64,000 bases of DNA. It comes from Alphaproteobacteria bacterium (GTDB lineage: Bacteria; Pseudomonadota; Alphaproteobacteria; SP197). Positions 34,604 through 44,844 of this stretch are shown here, in pieces. The notes under the pieces are model-generated. The model made no database searches. It had not been told where the DNA came from and saw only the letters and a program-made list of their open reading frames with translations. The position numbers and the translations under genes are program-made. Numbering within the stretch: the stretch's first letter is position 1; each line of letters opens with the position of its first letter. Location of the stretch: NCBI GenBank assembly GCA_964291415.2, contig OZ219917.1, positions 1,056,001 through 1,120,000 of the forward strand, written 5' to 3'.

Positions 34604-35908
34604 TTGAAGCCGCCAGCACATGCAGCCACCAATGGCTGGTACAACATCCTTCCCGCACCCGCCGTCGCGCGGCGGGTTGAGGGCGTGTTGCGTGTCCCCT
34701 GGGCCGTGGTCGGCGCCGGCTTCACCGGACTTGCGGCGGCGCGCACGCTCGCTTGCCACCTGCCCGACGAGACGATTGCCCTGATCGAGGCGGAACGGGT
34801 GGGTTTCGGCGCGTCGGGGAGAAACTCCGGCTTCGTCCTGGAGTCCCACTTCATGCCGCATCGGCTGCCGTTTGCCGATCTGGAGCGGACAAGGGCAGCG
34901 GCCCGGCTCGGCACCGGCGGCAGGGACATCCTGAAGAACCTGGTGCGGCAACACCGGATTGCCTGTCACTGGCGCGATTGGGGCAAGCTCTGGGTTGCCG
35001 TCTCGCGTGCCGGGGAGGAGGGTCTTCTTCTCCAGCGCCAGGGCAATGATGCCCTCGGAATCCGCCACGAGGCTCTCGACCGTGACGGGGTGGAGGCGCT
35101 CACCGGAACACGATTCTACAACGCCGGCCTCAAGGTCGAAGGCACGGCGCTGGTCAACCCTGCTGCCCTGTGCCGGGGCCTTGCCGATACCCTGCCGGCC
35201 AACGTCGCACTCCGCGAGGAGTCTCCCGTGCTGGAACATCACAAGAATGGACCGCACAGGCTGGTGACGCCACAGGGAGAGGTTGTCGCCGACGGGGTTC
35301 TTCTCTGCACGAACGTCTATTCGCCGTCCCTTGGCGTCGCCCGCCACGCGATGGCGCCCCTCGTTCTCTACGCCAGCCTGACCCGGCCCATGACGCCTGA
35401 CGAGGCCGGGGCCGCAGGCGGCGACCGCGGCGGATTTGGCCTGCTTCCGGCGGCGAGAGGCGGTTCGACGATCCAGCGCACGCCTGACGGGCGGCTGCTC
35501 ATTCGCAACACACTGGCATACGGTCCAGCTGCCGCGTCACAGCCGACGAGGCTGGAGGCGGCACGCTTGCGTCATGTCGATTCGATCCGCAGGCGCTGGC
35601 CGGCGATTGCGGACATCGACATCGAGCACACCTGGGGAGGGTGCGTCGGCATCACGCGCAACGAGGGCCACGTCTTCGGCGCCATCGGCGACAGGCTGTG
35701 GGCATCGATCGGCTGCAACGGTGCGGGGATATCGCGCGGCACCATGGCCGGTACACTCCTCGCCGATCTCGTGGTCGGCCGGGACTCGGAACTGCTGCGC
35801 GATCAGCGACGGATCCCCGCACCCGGCTGGATGCCGCCGGAACCCCTGCGCGGTCTGATCAGCCGGAGCCATATCCGCAAACACGCGGCCGACATTGCCG
35901 AACACTGA
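34604..35908 (+). CDS. FAD-dependent oxidoreductase (PuuB/DAO family)
   Basis: VVGAGFTGL, GASGRNSGF, TWGG, GCNGAG. Confidence 0.85.
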   Translation: MKPPAHAATNGWYNILPAPAVARRVEGVLRVPWAVVGAGFTGLAAARTLACHLPDETIALIEAERVGFGASGRNSGFVLESHFMPHRLPFADLERTRAAARLGTGGRDILKNLVRQHRIACHWRDWGKLWVAVSRAGEEGLLLQRQGNDALGIRHEALDRDGVEALTGTRFYNAGLKVEGTALVNPAALCRGLADTLPANVALREESPVLEHHKNGPHRLVTPQGEVVADGVLLCTNVYSPSLGVARHAMAPLVLYASLTRPMTPDEAGAAGGDRGGFGLLPAARGGSTIQRTPDGRLLIRNTLAYGPAAASQPTRLEAARLRHVDSIRRRWPAIADIDIEHTWGGCVGITRNEGHVFGAIGDRLWASIGCNGAGISRGTMAGTLLADLVVGRDSELLRDQRRIPAPGWMPPEPLRGLISRSHIRKHAADIAEH

Positions 35909-35953
35909 AGTGTCGAACCCGCTCGTGCCCTCGTTTCGGCACGGTACTCGAAG

Positions 35954-37630
35954 TCAGGTGTGGGCGGCGGCGTCGATATCAAAGAGGTCGCCGCGTTCGC
36001 GCAGCACCTCGTCGAGCCAGTCGGTGCGCATTTCCGGGGTCGAGGCGATGAGCTTGCGCGTGTAGGCCTCTTTCTGCGGCGGCGTGAAGATCTGTTCCGT
36101 GGTTCCCTGTTCCACCACCTCGCCCTGGTACATCACCACGGTCCGGTCGGCGATGTTGCGCACGATACCGAGATCGTGGGTGATGAACATGTAGGCAAGG
36201 CCCTTGTCCTGCTGCAGGCGATCAAGCAGTTTCAGGATGCCCGCGGCCACCACCTGGTCGAGGGCCGAGGTCACCTCGTCGCAGATGATGAGTTCGGGGT
36301 CGGCAGCAAGGGCCCGGGCGATGCAGACCCGCTGCTTCTGTCCGCCCGAAAGCTGGCCCGGGAAGCGGTCCGCGAACTCCCGGTCGAGATCGATTTCCTC
36401 GAGCAGGGCGAAGATCCGTTCCTCGCGTTCCTTGCCGGTGAGACCGAAGTAGAATGTGAGGGGACGGCCGATGATCTCCGAGACGCGCTGCCTCGGATTG
36501 ATGGCGACATCGGGCATCTGGTAGATCATCTGGATCTTGCGCAGTTCTTCCTTGTTGCGCTCCTTCAGGGCGAGCGACAGCTTCTTGCCGTCGAACTCGA
36601 CGTGCCCGTCGCGCGGCGGCAGGAGCCCCGTCACGACCCGGGCGAGGGTGGACTTCCCGCTCCCCGATTCTCCGACGATGGCGACGGTTTCGCCCCGTCC
36701 GATCTCGACGCCGACATCCTTCAGGACGTCGACCTGGCCATCATAGGTGGCCGTGACGTCCTTGATGGCGAGAACCGGGTTCTCGGGCATGCCGGTGAAG
36801 ATCTTGGTGTTGATGTCCTCGGTGCGCGCCGAAATCAGTTCCTTGGTGTAGGGTTCGTCAGGGTCGTGGAGGATCTTGGCGGTATCCCCCTGCTCGATCA
36901 GGTCGCCATAACGCAACACCATGATGCGGTCGGCAACCTGCGCCACCACGGCAAGGTCATGGGTGATGTAGAGTGCCGCCGTGTTGTTGTTGCGGATGAG
37001 GTCGCGCACCGTGGCCAGCACCTCGATCTGCGTGGTCACGTCGAGGGCCGTGGTCGGCTCGTCGAGAACCAGGAGATCCGGTCCGCAGGTCATGGCCATG
37101 GCCGACATGACGCGCTGCAGCTGGCCACCCGAAACCTGGTGGGGATAGCGTCTTCCGATGCGCGCCGGATCGGGAAGATCGAGCCTGGCATAGAGTTCCT
37201 CGGCGCGTTTCGTCGCATTGGACTGCGACATGACGCTGTGGCGCACCGCCGCTTCCGTCACCTGATCATTCAGCTGCTTGGCCGGATTGAAGGCGGCTGC
37301 GGCGCTTTGCGCGATGTAGGCCGCCCGCACGCCCCTGATCTGACGCACGTCGTCCTCGTCCTGCTGGCGCAGGTCGGTGCCGGCAAAGAGAATCTTGCCA
37401 CTGGTGATCAGGCAGCCCGGGCGGGCGAAACACATGGAGGCGAGACCGATGGTTGACTTGCCGGCGCCTGATTCTCCGATCAGGCCCAGGACCTCGCCCC
37501 GCCTCAGGTTGATGTCAATGTCGTTGACGATGCGGAACGGATTGCCGTCCGCTCCCAGCGCCTCGACACGCAGTGCCTGCATCTCCAGCAGAGTTTCGCC
37601 AAAGCCGGTGCGGGCCGTTTGCTGGTTCAC
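35954..37630 (-). CDS. Peptide/nickel ABC transporter, fused double ATP-binding protein
   Basis: GESGAGKS, YPHQVSGGQ, GESGSGKS, LSGGQKQR; probable GTG start at 37630. Confidence 0.9.
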   Translation of the reverse strand: MNQQTARTGFGETLLEMQALRVEALGADGNPFRIVNDIDINLRRGEVLGLIGESGAGKSTIGLASMCFARPGCLITSGKILFAGTDLRQQDEDDVRQIRGVRAAYIAQSAAAAFNPAKQLNDQVTEAAVRHSVMSQSNATKRAEELYARLDLPDPARIGRRYPHQVSGGQLQRVMSAMAMTCGPDLLVLDEPTTALDVTTQIEVLATVRDLIRNNNTAALYITHDLAVVAQVADRIMVLRYGDLIEQGDTAKILHDPDEPYTKELISARTEDINTKIFTGMPENPVLAIKDVTATYDGQVDVLKDVGVEIGRGETVAIVGESGSGKSTLARVVTGLLPPRDGHVEFDGKKLSLALKERNKEELRKIQMIYQMPDVAINPRQRVSEIIGRPLTFYFGLTGKEREERIFALLEEIDLDREFADRFPGQLSGGQKQRVCIARALAADPELIICDEVTSALDQVVAAGILKLLDRLQQDKGLAYMFITHDLGIVRNIADRTVVMYQGEVVEQGTTEQIFTPPQKEAYTRKLIASTPEMRTDWLDEVLRERGDLFDIDAAAHT

Positions 37631-37634
37631 GTGA

Positions 37635-38522
37635 CTATACCTCGAATTCAGTGGCCGCGGACCGGTTCGCCCAGGCCAGCACGTAGTCGACCAGGAGGTT
37701 GGTGCCCACGGCAAGGATGGCAATGGCGCCGGCCGGATAGAGCGGGGCGACGATGCCGTAGATGATGGCTGACGAGCTTTCCCGCACCATGCCGCCCCAG
37801 TCCGCCAGGGGTGGCTGGATGCCCAGGCCCAGGAAACTCAGGGCGGCGATGAAGAGGAAGGCAAAGACAAAGCGCAGGCCGAACTCCGCGATGAGCGGCA
37901 AGGTGGTGTTGGGCAGGATCTCGCGGGTCATGATCCACCACAGGCGCTCGCCGCGCAGTCTGGCCGCCTCGACATACTCCATGACCGCCACGTCCATCGC
38001 GATGGCCCGCGACAGCCGGAACACGCGGGTGGAGTCCAGCACGGCAATGACAGCCACGAGAACGACAAGATCGGAGCCGAGAACGGAGATGACCACGAGT
38101 GCCATGAGGAGTGTGGGAATGGCCATCAGCGTTTCCACGAAACGCGACAGGATACTGTCGAAGATACCCCCCAGCACGGCCGCCGCAAAGCCGGTGACGA
38201 TACCCATGAAGAAGGCAAGCACGGTGGCCACGAAGGCAATGGCAATGGTCGTGCGGGCGCCATAGATGATGCGCGAAAGCATGTCCCTGCCGATGTGATC
38301 GCCTCCCAGCCAGTGCTCGGCCGATGGCGGAGCCCAGACATCGGTCACGAGTTCCGTCTCGCCGTAGGGGGCGAGCCAGGGCGCGAAAACCACCACGAAG
38401 AGGTTGATCATGATGATGGCCAGACCGACACGCGCCGTCAGCGGCATGCCCCTGAGGAACTGTTTGACGACCATCATCTTGGTCGGGCGGATCCATTGTG
38501 CCGTTTCCGATGTCGTGACCAT
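37635..38522 (-). CDS. Peptide ABC permease (DppC-like)
   Basis: HWLG.D.IGRD, EYVEAARLRG, LSFLGLG.QPP..DWG. Confidence 0.9.
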   Translation of the reverse strand: MVTTSETAQWIRPTKMMVVKQFLRGMPLTARVGLAIIMINLFVVVFAPWLAPYGETELVTDVWAPPSAEHWLGGDHIGRDMLSRIIYGARTTIAIAFVATVLAFFMGIVTGFAAAVLGGIFDSILSRFVETLMAIPTLLMALVVISVLGSDLVVLVAVIAVLDSTRVFRLSRAIAMDVAVMEYVEAARLRGERLWWIMTREILPNTTLPLIAEFGLRFVFAFLFIAALSFLGLGIQPPLADWGGMVRESSSAIIYGIVAPLYPAGAIAILAVGTNLLVDYVLAWANRSAATEFEV

Positions 38523-38532
38523 GACCCGCCTC

Positions 38533-39480
38533 CTACTTGGGATGCCTGAGACGCGGATTGGAGAGAATCGACGAGATATCCGCAATGAGCGTGAGCAGGA
38601 TCCAGACACTGGCGAAGATCATGACGCAGGCCTGGACCACCGGAACGTCCCGCTTCGAGACGGAATCCACCATGTACTGGCCCATGCCCGGATAGGTGAA
38701 GACGACCTCCACGACGACCACGCCAACGATGAGATAGGCCATGTTGAGCATGATCACCGTGATGATCGGCGACCACACGTTGGGCAGGGCATGCTGGACG
38801 ACAATGCGCCAGTAGCGCACACCCTTGAGGTGCGCCATCTCGATGTAGGAACTCGACATGACCGCAATGACCGCGGCGCGGGTCATGCGCATCATGTGAG
38901 CCAGGGTGACGAGGGTGAGCGTCACCACAGGGAGCGCCACGGACTCGATGCGCATCCACAGGGACATCTGGTCACTCACGTTGGAGAGACTCGGAAACCA
39001 CTGGAAGGTAACCGCGAACAGGATGATCAGGACGTAGCCAATGAAGAACTCCGGCACGGAGATCGCCATCAGGCTGCCGACAGATATGCCCCTGTCGAGA
39101 GGTGTATCCTGGCGAATGGCGGAGATCAGACCCAGGGACACCGAAAGCGGAATGGCGATGATCGCAGCGAGTGCCGCCAGGAACAGCGTGTTCTCGAGAC
39201 GGAAACCCACTTGCGGTGCGATGGGCCGTCGATTTCCGAGCGACGTGCCGAGGTCGCCCTGGACGAATCCCACCAGCCAGTCGAGGTAACGTTCATGGGG
39301 AGGTCGGTCGAGGCCGAGTTGCGCGCGGATCGCCGCGGTGTTTTCCTCGGTTGCTGACTGGCCGAGAATGGCGGTGGCGACATCACCGGGAAGGATCTCC
39401 GTGGCGATGAAGATGATGATGGAAACGCCCAGCAGGGTTCCAATGCCGATGGCGAGCCGCCTTACCACCAGTGTCAGCAT
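38533..39480 (-). CDS. Peptide ABC permease (DppB-like)
   Basis: LPGD, LGLDRP, GDLGTS, YIEMA.LKG, HALPN, E.VF.YPGMG. Confidence 0.9.
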   Translation of the reverse strand: MLTLVVRRLAIGIGTLLGVSIIIFIATEILPGDVATAILGQSATEENTAAIRAQLGLDRPPHERYLDWLVGFVQGDLGTSLGNRRPIAPQVGFRLENTLFLAALAAIIAIPLSVSLGLISAIRQDTPLDRGISVGSLMAISVPEFFIGYVLIILFAVTFQWFPSLSNVSDQMSLWMRIESVALPVVTLTLVTLAHMMRMTRAAVIAVMSSSYIEMAHLKGVRYWRIVVQHALPNVWSPIITVIMLNMAYLIVGVVVVEVVFTYPGMGQYMVDSVSKRDVPVVQACVMIFASVWILLTLIADISSILSNPRLRHPK

Positions 39481-39609
39481 TCCCGAATCCCGTTTCCACC
39501 CCGGGCATTCAAGCGAACCCGGCGCGACTTTGCAAATGGCAAGGGAGTCCGGCAGTCCGCCGGTCTCCGTGTCTGCCGGTGCAGCAAGACCTTCAGCGCC
39601 GCCTCTCCC

Positions 39610-40185
39610 GTGATGTCCGGCATCTGGATATTCGGGTACGGGTCGCTTATCTGGCGACCCGCCATGTCCTTCCGGACGAGCCGTGTGGCCCGTCTTGCAG
39701 GGTGGACGCGGCGTTTCTGGCAGGGTTCACACGACCACCGCGGCCTGCCCCATGCCCCCGGACGCGTCGTCACCCTGGTTGCCGCGCCACGGGCCTCCTG
39801 TGATGGCATGGCCTATCTCGTCGACAGGGACGTGGTGGAGACGGTCTTCCGCAACCTCGACCATCGCGAGAAGAACGGCTACGAGCGTCATGCGGTCAGG
39901 CTGACGTTCCGCGACGGGGGTGTCGTCGACGCCATCGTCTACATCGCCGCTGTCGGCAACCATGCCTGGCTCGGTCCGGCTGGCGATGAGGAGATGGTGA
40001 GGCAGATCTGCCAGGCCGCCGGCCCAAGCGGCGCCAACATCGACTATCTCAACGATCTGGCAGCGGCCTTGCGGGACCTGGAGATCAAGGACCCGCATGT
40101 CTTCCGGCTCGAAAGCATGGCACGCGCCTTCATGGAGGAAGGCAGCGACGGTCACACGATACGGCAGGCCTCGTCAAAGCTGTAG
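39610..40185 (+). CDS. chaC: ChaC-family gamma-glutamylcyclotransferase
   Basis: WIFGYGSLIW, RRFWQGS.DHRG, PGRVVTL, LDHREK.GY, GPSG.N.DY. Confidence 0.92.
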   Translation: MMSGIWIFGYGSLIWRPAMSFRTSRVARLAGWTRRFWQGSHDHRGLPHAPGRVVTLVAAPRASCDGMAYLVDRDVVETVFRNLDHREKNGYERHAVRLTFRDGGVVDAIVYIAAVGNHAWLGPAGDEEMVRQICQAAGPSGANIDYLNDLAAALRDLEIKDPHVFRLESMARAFMEEGSDGHTIRQASSKL

Positions 40186-40805
40186 CGGTAGAAGCGCGGT
40201 CCGAGAATCCCCTCCAGGGCGCCGTATCCGATGTTGCACAGGAAGTTCGACTCCCAGGCCGTGCCGGCAAGAAAGGCCGCGTCCACCTTCTTGCCGTCGA
40301 ATCCCAGCATCGGCCCGGCGTCGAGGCCCACGGCACGGATGGCAAGAATGAGGTAGGCGCCCTGCAGCGTGCCCTGGTGGCGGGCGAAGGAACGCGCTGC
40401 ATCGGGATCGTCGGCCCACTGGTCCGCCATCTCCGGATAGATGGGGAACAGTCTCTCGAATCCGTCGAAGAAGCGGGTGTCGTGGGCAAGCAGTGCGGTG
40501 GCCGGCGCCGCTATCGTCTTCTTCACATTGCCCGGCGACAGGCACGCTCCCAGTTTCGCCTTCGCCTGTGGCGAACGGACGAAGACAATGCGCGCCGGCA
40601 AGGTGTTGGCGCTGGTGGCGCCGAACTTCATGATATCCCATATCTCGTGCAACTGTTGGTCGCTCACCTCCCTGTCCTGCCACGCGTTGTGGGTGCGGGC
40701 CTCCCGGAAAAGGAGATCGAGGGAGTCCTCGTCGAGCCGTGATATCTTCGCCCGGCATGCGGCGATCCGGTCTCGGGCTTCCTGAAGCAGGATATCCTCG
40801 GTCAT
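40152..40805 (-). CDS. rutE: Nitroreductase-family malonic semialdehyde reductase (RutE-like)
   Basis: LFREARTHN, GATSAN, LQGAYLI, GLDAGPMLGFD, NIGYG. Confidence 0.8.
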   Translation of the reverse strand: MTEDILLQEARDRIAACRAKISRLDEDSLDLLFREARTHNAWQDREVSDQQLHEIWDIMKFGATSANTLPARIVFVRSPQAKAKLGACLSPGNVKKTIAAPATALLAHDTRFFDGFERLFPIYPEMADQWADDPDAARSFARHQGTLQGAYLILAIRAVGLDAGPMLGFDGKKVDAAFLAGTAWESNFLCNIGYGALEGILGPRFYRYSFDEACRIV

Positions 40806-40930
40806 CCGCACACTCCTCGGTTCAGCGGCTCCCATCCTGCCATGCCGCCCCTTTTCCGGCATCTGCCAACTTGACGCCACGAAGGAGCGAGGGTCACCCT
40901 CCATCCGGTGATCGTGTCACGGGAGAGAAG

Positions 40931-41992
40931 ATGCGGAGCATACGGACCGTCCACGTCGTATCGGCGCATGCGGAAGGCGAGGTCGGGGATGTCGTCGTTG
41001 GCGGTGTCGAGCCGCCGCCCGGCGACACGCTGCGCGAGCAGGCAGAGTTTCTCGCCCGTGATCGCAGGCTCTGGACGTTCCTTCTCAACGAGCCCCGCGG
41101 CGGAGTGTTCCGTCACGTCAACCTCCTGGTGCCGGCGAAACATCCCGAGGCCCGCATGGGTTTCGTCATCATGGAGCCTGCGGACCTGCCGCCGATGTCG
41201 GGATCGAACACCATCTGCGTGGCAACGGTCCTCCTGGAGACGGGCATCATCGCAATGCAGGAGCCCGAGACCACCTTCATTCTCGAAGCGCCAGGCGGGC
41301 TGGTACGGATTCGTGCCGCCTGCCGTGAAGGCAGGGCACAGTCCATCACCCTCGAGAACCTGCCTTCGTTCGCGGTTCAGACGGACATCCGTCTGGAGGT
41401 TCCAGGCATCGGTTGCCTGACCGTGGATACCGCCTTCGGGGGCGACAGTTTCGTGGTCGTCGACGCAGCGGAACTTGGATTGTCCATCGCCGCATCCGAA
41501 GCGGGACGTCTGGCCGGTTGCGGCATGCGGATACTCGAGGCCGCCAACGACCGGATCGGCTTTAGTCACCCGCAGCTGGCAGAGAGGGACCGCCTTTCGT
41601 TCTGCCTCCTTGCCGGACCTCTCGACAGGACCGACGGCATCATCGAATCGCGCCAGGCCGTCGCCATCAGGCCCGGCAAGATCGACAGGTCGCCCACCGG
41701 CACCGCCGTGTCGGCCCGCATGGCCCTGCTGCATGCCCGGGGCATCATGGAGACCGGCGACATCTTTCGTGCCCGCTCGATCATCGACTCGCGGTTCGAG
41801 GGCAGGATCGTCCGCACCACGCGGGTGGGGTCGATTCCCGCCATCATCCCGGAAGTCACCGGACGGGCCTGGATCACCGGGATTCACCAGCACCTTCTCG
41901 ACCCCGACGACCCCTGGCCCGAGGGCTACAGGCTCGGCGACACGTGGGGCCACCCCCCTTCCGGATCATCCCGCTCCGGTCAATCCGAGTGA
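40931..41992 (+). CDS. Proline racemase family, Ser/Thr type (trans-3-hydroxy-L-proline dehydratase-like)
   Basis: HAEGEVGD, EPRGG, MSGSN, DRSPTGT. Confidence 0.85.
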   Translation: MRSIRTVHVVSAHAEGEVGDVVVGGVEPPPGDTLREQAEFLARDRRLWTFLLNEPRGGVFRHVNLLVPAKHPEARMGFVIMEPADLPPMSGSNTICVATVLLETGIIAMQEPETTFILEAPGGLVRIRAACREGRAQSITLENLPSFAVQTDIRLEVPGIGCLTVDTAFGGDSFVVVDAAELGLSIAASEAGRLAGCGMRILEAANDRIGFSHPQLAERDRLSFCLLAGPLDRTDGIIESRQAVAIRPGKIDRSPTGTAVSARMALLHARGIMETGDIFRARSIIDSRFEGRIVRTTRVGSIPAIIPEVTGRAWITGIHQHLLDPDDPWPEGYRLGDTWGHPPSGSSRSGQSE

Positions 41993-42117
41993 ACGGCCGG
42001 ACGGCGGCTCCCGGTTCAGGATCGAATACGCAGGGTCTGACTTCGTCGTGCGAGGCAAGCTCGAAGGACGTCGCCCCGCAGACCTTTCCAACCCATCACA
42101 CCAACCTTGCGCAGGAA

Positions 42118-42130
42118 AATTCGAGAGCAA
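42118..42130 (+). promoter_or_regulatory. Ada-box-like site AAT-N6-GCAA
   Basis: AATtcgagaGCAA about 105 nt upstream of ada, matching the E. coli Ada A-box/B-box spacing. Confidence 0.5.
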
Positions 42131-42233
42131 GATTCGGGCTGCGCGGCCGTGCTGGACCGGTCAGGGTATCCACCATCGCAATGCGCGGCTCGCAGGGGCG
42201 GCCAGTACCCAGATGACCCGGGGAGGAGATAAC

Positions 42234-43319
42234 ATGGCCGATGGTCAGACAATGCGAACGTCGATGGCAAGGCAGTTCAGCAGCGACGACGAGCGTTGGG
42301 CGGCCGTCGCAAACCGCAATCATGCCGCCGTTGGGGAGTTCGTCTACTGCGTCACGACGACCGGCGTCTATTGCCGTCCCGGCTGTGCGGCACGCCGCCC
42401 GCGGCGCGAGAACGTACGCTTCCACGCGTCCTGTGGGGATGCCGAGGCCGATGGTTTCCGGCCATGCCGGCGCTGCCGCCCGAACGAGCCGTCCCTCGCC
42501 GAACGGCACGCGCGGTCGGTGGCGGCCGCGTGCCGCCTCGTCGAGACGGCGGAAGAGGTGCCGGATCTCGACTCGCTCGCGCAGGCAGCCGGCATGAGCC
42601 GGTTCCACTTCCACCGGGTGTTCAAGGCCGTCACGGGTTTCACGCCGCGGGCCTATGCCGCCGCCTATCGCGCGGACAGGACCCGCGAGGCGCTGCGCAC
42701 GTCGCGAACGGTCACAGAAGCCATCTACGACTCCGGCTTCAACTCAAGCGGCCGGTTCTACGCGGCGTCGCCGAAGATGCTCGGAATGGCTCCCGCGGTA
42801 TTCCGGGGCGGTGGCGCGGGTGAAACGATCCGGTTTGCCGTCGGCGAGTGTTCGCTGGGCTCGATCCTGGTGGCCGCGACGGCCAAGGGAGTTTGCGCGG
42901 TCCTGCTTGGTGACGATCCGGCAGCCTTGGCGAACGAGTTGGAAGACCGTTTTCCGCGGGCTGAATTGATCGGGGCAGACAGGGAGTTCGAATTCCTCGT
43001 CGCTCGGATCGTCGGTCTTGTCGAAACCCCTCAATCCGGTCTCGATTTGCCGCTCGACATCCGCGGGACGACGTTTCAGCGGCGCGTCTGGCTGGCGCTT
43101 CGCGATGTACCGGCCGGCAAGACCGCCAGCTACAGCGAGATCGCCGATCGTGTCGGCTCGCCGAACGCTGCGCGAGCAGTCGCGCGCGCATGCGCCGCCA
43201 ACCCGATCGCCGTCGCCATTCCCTGCCACCGCGTGATCCGCAACGACAGCACGCTCGGCGGCTACCGCTGGGGCGTGGAACGCAAGCGGGCCCTGCTCGC
43301 CCGCGAGGGCACATACTGA
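42234..43319 (+). CDS. ada: Bifunctional Ada: methylphosphotriester sensor/AraC regulator + O6-methylguanine-DNA methyltransferase
   Basis: TTGVYCRPGC, FRPCRRC, SRFHFHRVFK, IPCHRV; GGAGGAG RBS before the ATG at 42234. Confidence 0.95.
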   Translation: MADGQTMRTSMARQFSSDDERWAAVANRNHAAVGEFVYCVTTTGVYCRPGCAARRPRRENVRFHASCGDAEADGFRPCRRCRPNEPSLAERHARSVAAACRLVETAEEVPDLDSLAQAAGMSRFHFHRVFKAVTGFTPRAYAAAYRADRTREALRTSRTVTEAIYDSGFNSSGRFYAASPKMLGMAPAVFRGGGAGETIRFAVGECSLGSILVAATAKGVCAVLLGDDPAALANELEDRFPRAELIGADREFEFLVARIVGLVETPQSGLDLPLDIRGTTFQRRVWLALRDVPAGKTASYSEIADRVGSPNAARAVARACAANPIAVAIPCHRVIRNDSTLGGYRWGVERKRALLAREGTY

Positions 43320-43427
43320 GCCCGGCTGCATGCCGGTCGAGCGTCACGCCGGAAACGGAACTCCGCCTCGCGGCGCTGGAGCGGAGTGCGATCACCTTGG
43401 CACGCACGGCTACGCCTTGATGTCATC

Positions 43428-43652
43428 GCTACTCACGCCCGGGGCACCATGAAGATCGGCGACATCTTCCGCGTGCGCTCGATCATCGGCTCGCGGGCGT
43501 GATCATCCGAGTCACACCACGGGGTAAGGCCGATCCCCCCATCATCCCGGAAACCACCGGTCGGGCCGGGCCTGAATGACCGGGATCCACCCGCATTTTC
43601 TGGACACCGACGAACCCGGGGCAGGGGGTGCAGCCCCGGCAACACGTGGGAC
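43428..43652 (+). pseudogene. Decayed direct-repeat copy of the 3' end of the proline racemase-family gene (41728-41951)
   Basis: GCCCGGGGCAcCATG..GA.CGGCGACATCTT.CG...CGCTCGATCATCG.CTCGCGG...CATCATCCCGGAA..CACCGG...ACACGTGGG align with the intact gene; contains indels and stops. Confidence 0.85.
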
Positions 43653-43773
43653 CGTGCCGCACGCGAATCGGCTCAGTGCGGTCCATGTGAATGAGCGACC
43701 GGATGGCGATCACAGTGCTGAATCCAGGCACTCGCGCCACCCGTGAATTGTGCGCCTCGTCCAGCAGCGCGGA

Positions 43774-44331
43774 TCAGGTGTCGAGCCAGACCTTCACAGC
43801 CTCGGCTAACTCCTGCGCCGCGTCATCCAGCATGTCGTTGCTTCCGGCATCGATCACGTTCTTGGTGATCTCGATTAGTATCCCGAGGTTTCCGGTGAAG
43901 GAAACATCCTTCTCCTGTTCCCGGAAGTAACGTTCAGCAATGACATCACCTGTGGTGGCGTCCAGGACGCTCACCGTCGCGCCGATGTAACTCTCGCTGC
44001 CGAGAAGAGCCCGGCCGGCGTCGCTGGCGATGTTCATTTCGTCCACGTGAACCGACATGTGGACCGGCTGATCACCGGAAAATGAGGATTCCAGCGTACC
44101 GTACATCGCGGTTTCGAGCTGCTGTTCGAACTGCTGTGCAAATTCCTTGTCGTCGATGTCGTCGAGTCTCTCGAAGACTCCTGTACGGACGTTCTCGTCC
44201 ACCGTGACGTCGACGCTCGCGAGCGTGTAGCCCCGAACCTGATCGCTGATTCCCGCCTGCGTGGTCATGCAACCGGTGAGAAGGACGGCAAACAAGACCG
44301 CCACCGTCAGGTTCAACCAATTCCGTGTCAT
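43774..44331 (-). CDS. Hypothetical lipoprotein
   Basis: Signal peptide with lipobox LLTGC; 185 aa; AAGGAG RBS. Confidence 0.7.
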   Translation of the reverse strand: MTRNWLNLTVAVLFAVLLTGCMTTQAGISDQVRGYTLASVDVTVDENVRTGVFERLDDIDDKEFAQQFEQQLETAMYGTLESSFSGDQPVHMSVHVDEMNIASDAGRALLGSESYIGATVSVLDATTGDVIAERYFREQEKDVSFTGNLGILIEITKNVIDAGSNDMLDDAAQELAEAVKVWLDT

Positions 44332-44644
44332 GTTGCACTCCTTGCGACTTCAGTCTTCGCGATGCGCCGGTTGCTGCACCTATTGCATCGCATGACACTT
44401 GCGTCCAGCAACCTTCTTCGACCTTGGGCCCGGAACACCGGTGACCTGCGCTGGAGTTTCGGACATAAGCCTTCAACGGGCTGTCCGCCAGGACTGGGAA
44501 AGTTGAAGGCGCGGCTGACCGGCAGCCGCGCCGCCGTGGAACGCGCCGGCTCCCCTTTCCGCGGTCGCTCAATCGCGCTTCATGGAAAACGCGCTCGAAG
44601 ACGCCACCAGCCCCCTTGTTTCACAAAGCGCCCATCCAGCCCGT

Positions 44645-44723
44645 CGTTCCGGACGTTGACGAGGCACACGGTCAAGAGGAGAAGGGTGACGGACCTCAGG
44701 TCCACGCGGCGTGCCGTTTGCCA
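44645..44723 (-). pseudogene. Decayed direct-repeat copy of the 3' end of the DMT transporter gene (49074-49153)
   Basis: About 80 nt aligning at roughly 80% by eye; encodes LLLLTVCLVNVRN versus LLLLSLCLVNVRN. Confidence 0.8.
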
Positions 44724-44830
44724 GAGTTGATCGGGTGGCCCGGCGCGGCTGTCTCCCGGGTCAGGGTTGTATCCGGGGAATGGAGGGTTACCGAGCGTGT
44801 CCTCGAGACAGCGGGCATTGAGAGAAAACA

Positions 44831-44844
44831 CCCTAATATTAGGG
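44831..44844. promoter_or_regulatory. Perfect 14-bp palindrome CCCTAATATTAGGG upstream of the TRAP operon
   Basis: AT-centred palindrome about 55 nt upstream of a TTGACA at 44900. Confidence 0.4.

Noticed and set aside
44485-44505. GCCAGGACTGGGAAAG resembling a cobalamin riboswitch element
   Set aside because: The other conserved B12-element motifs were not found.
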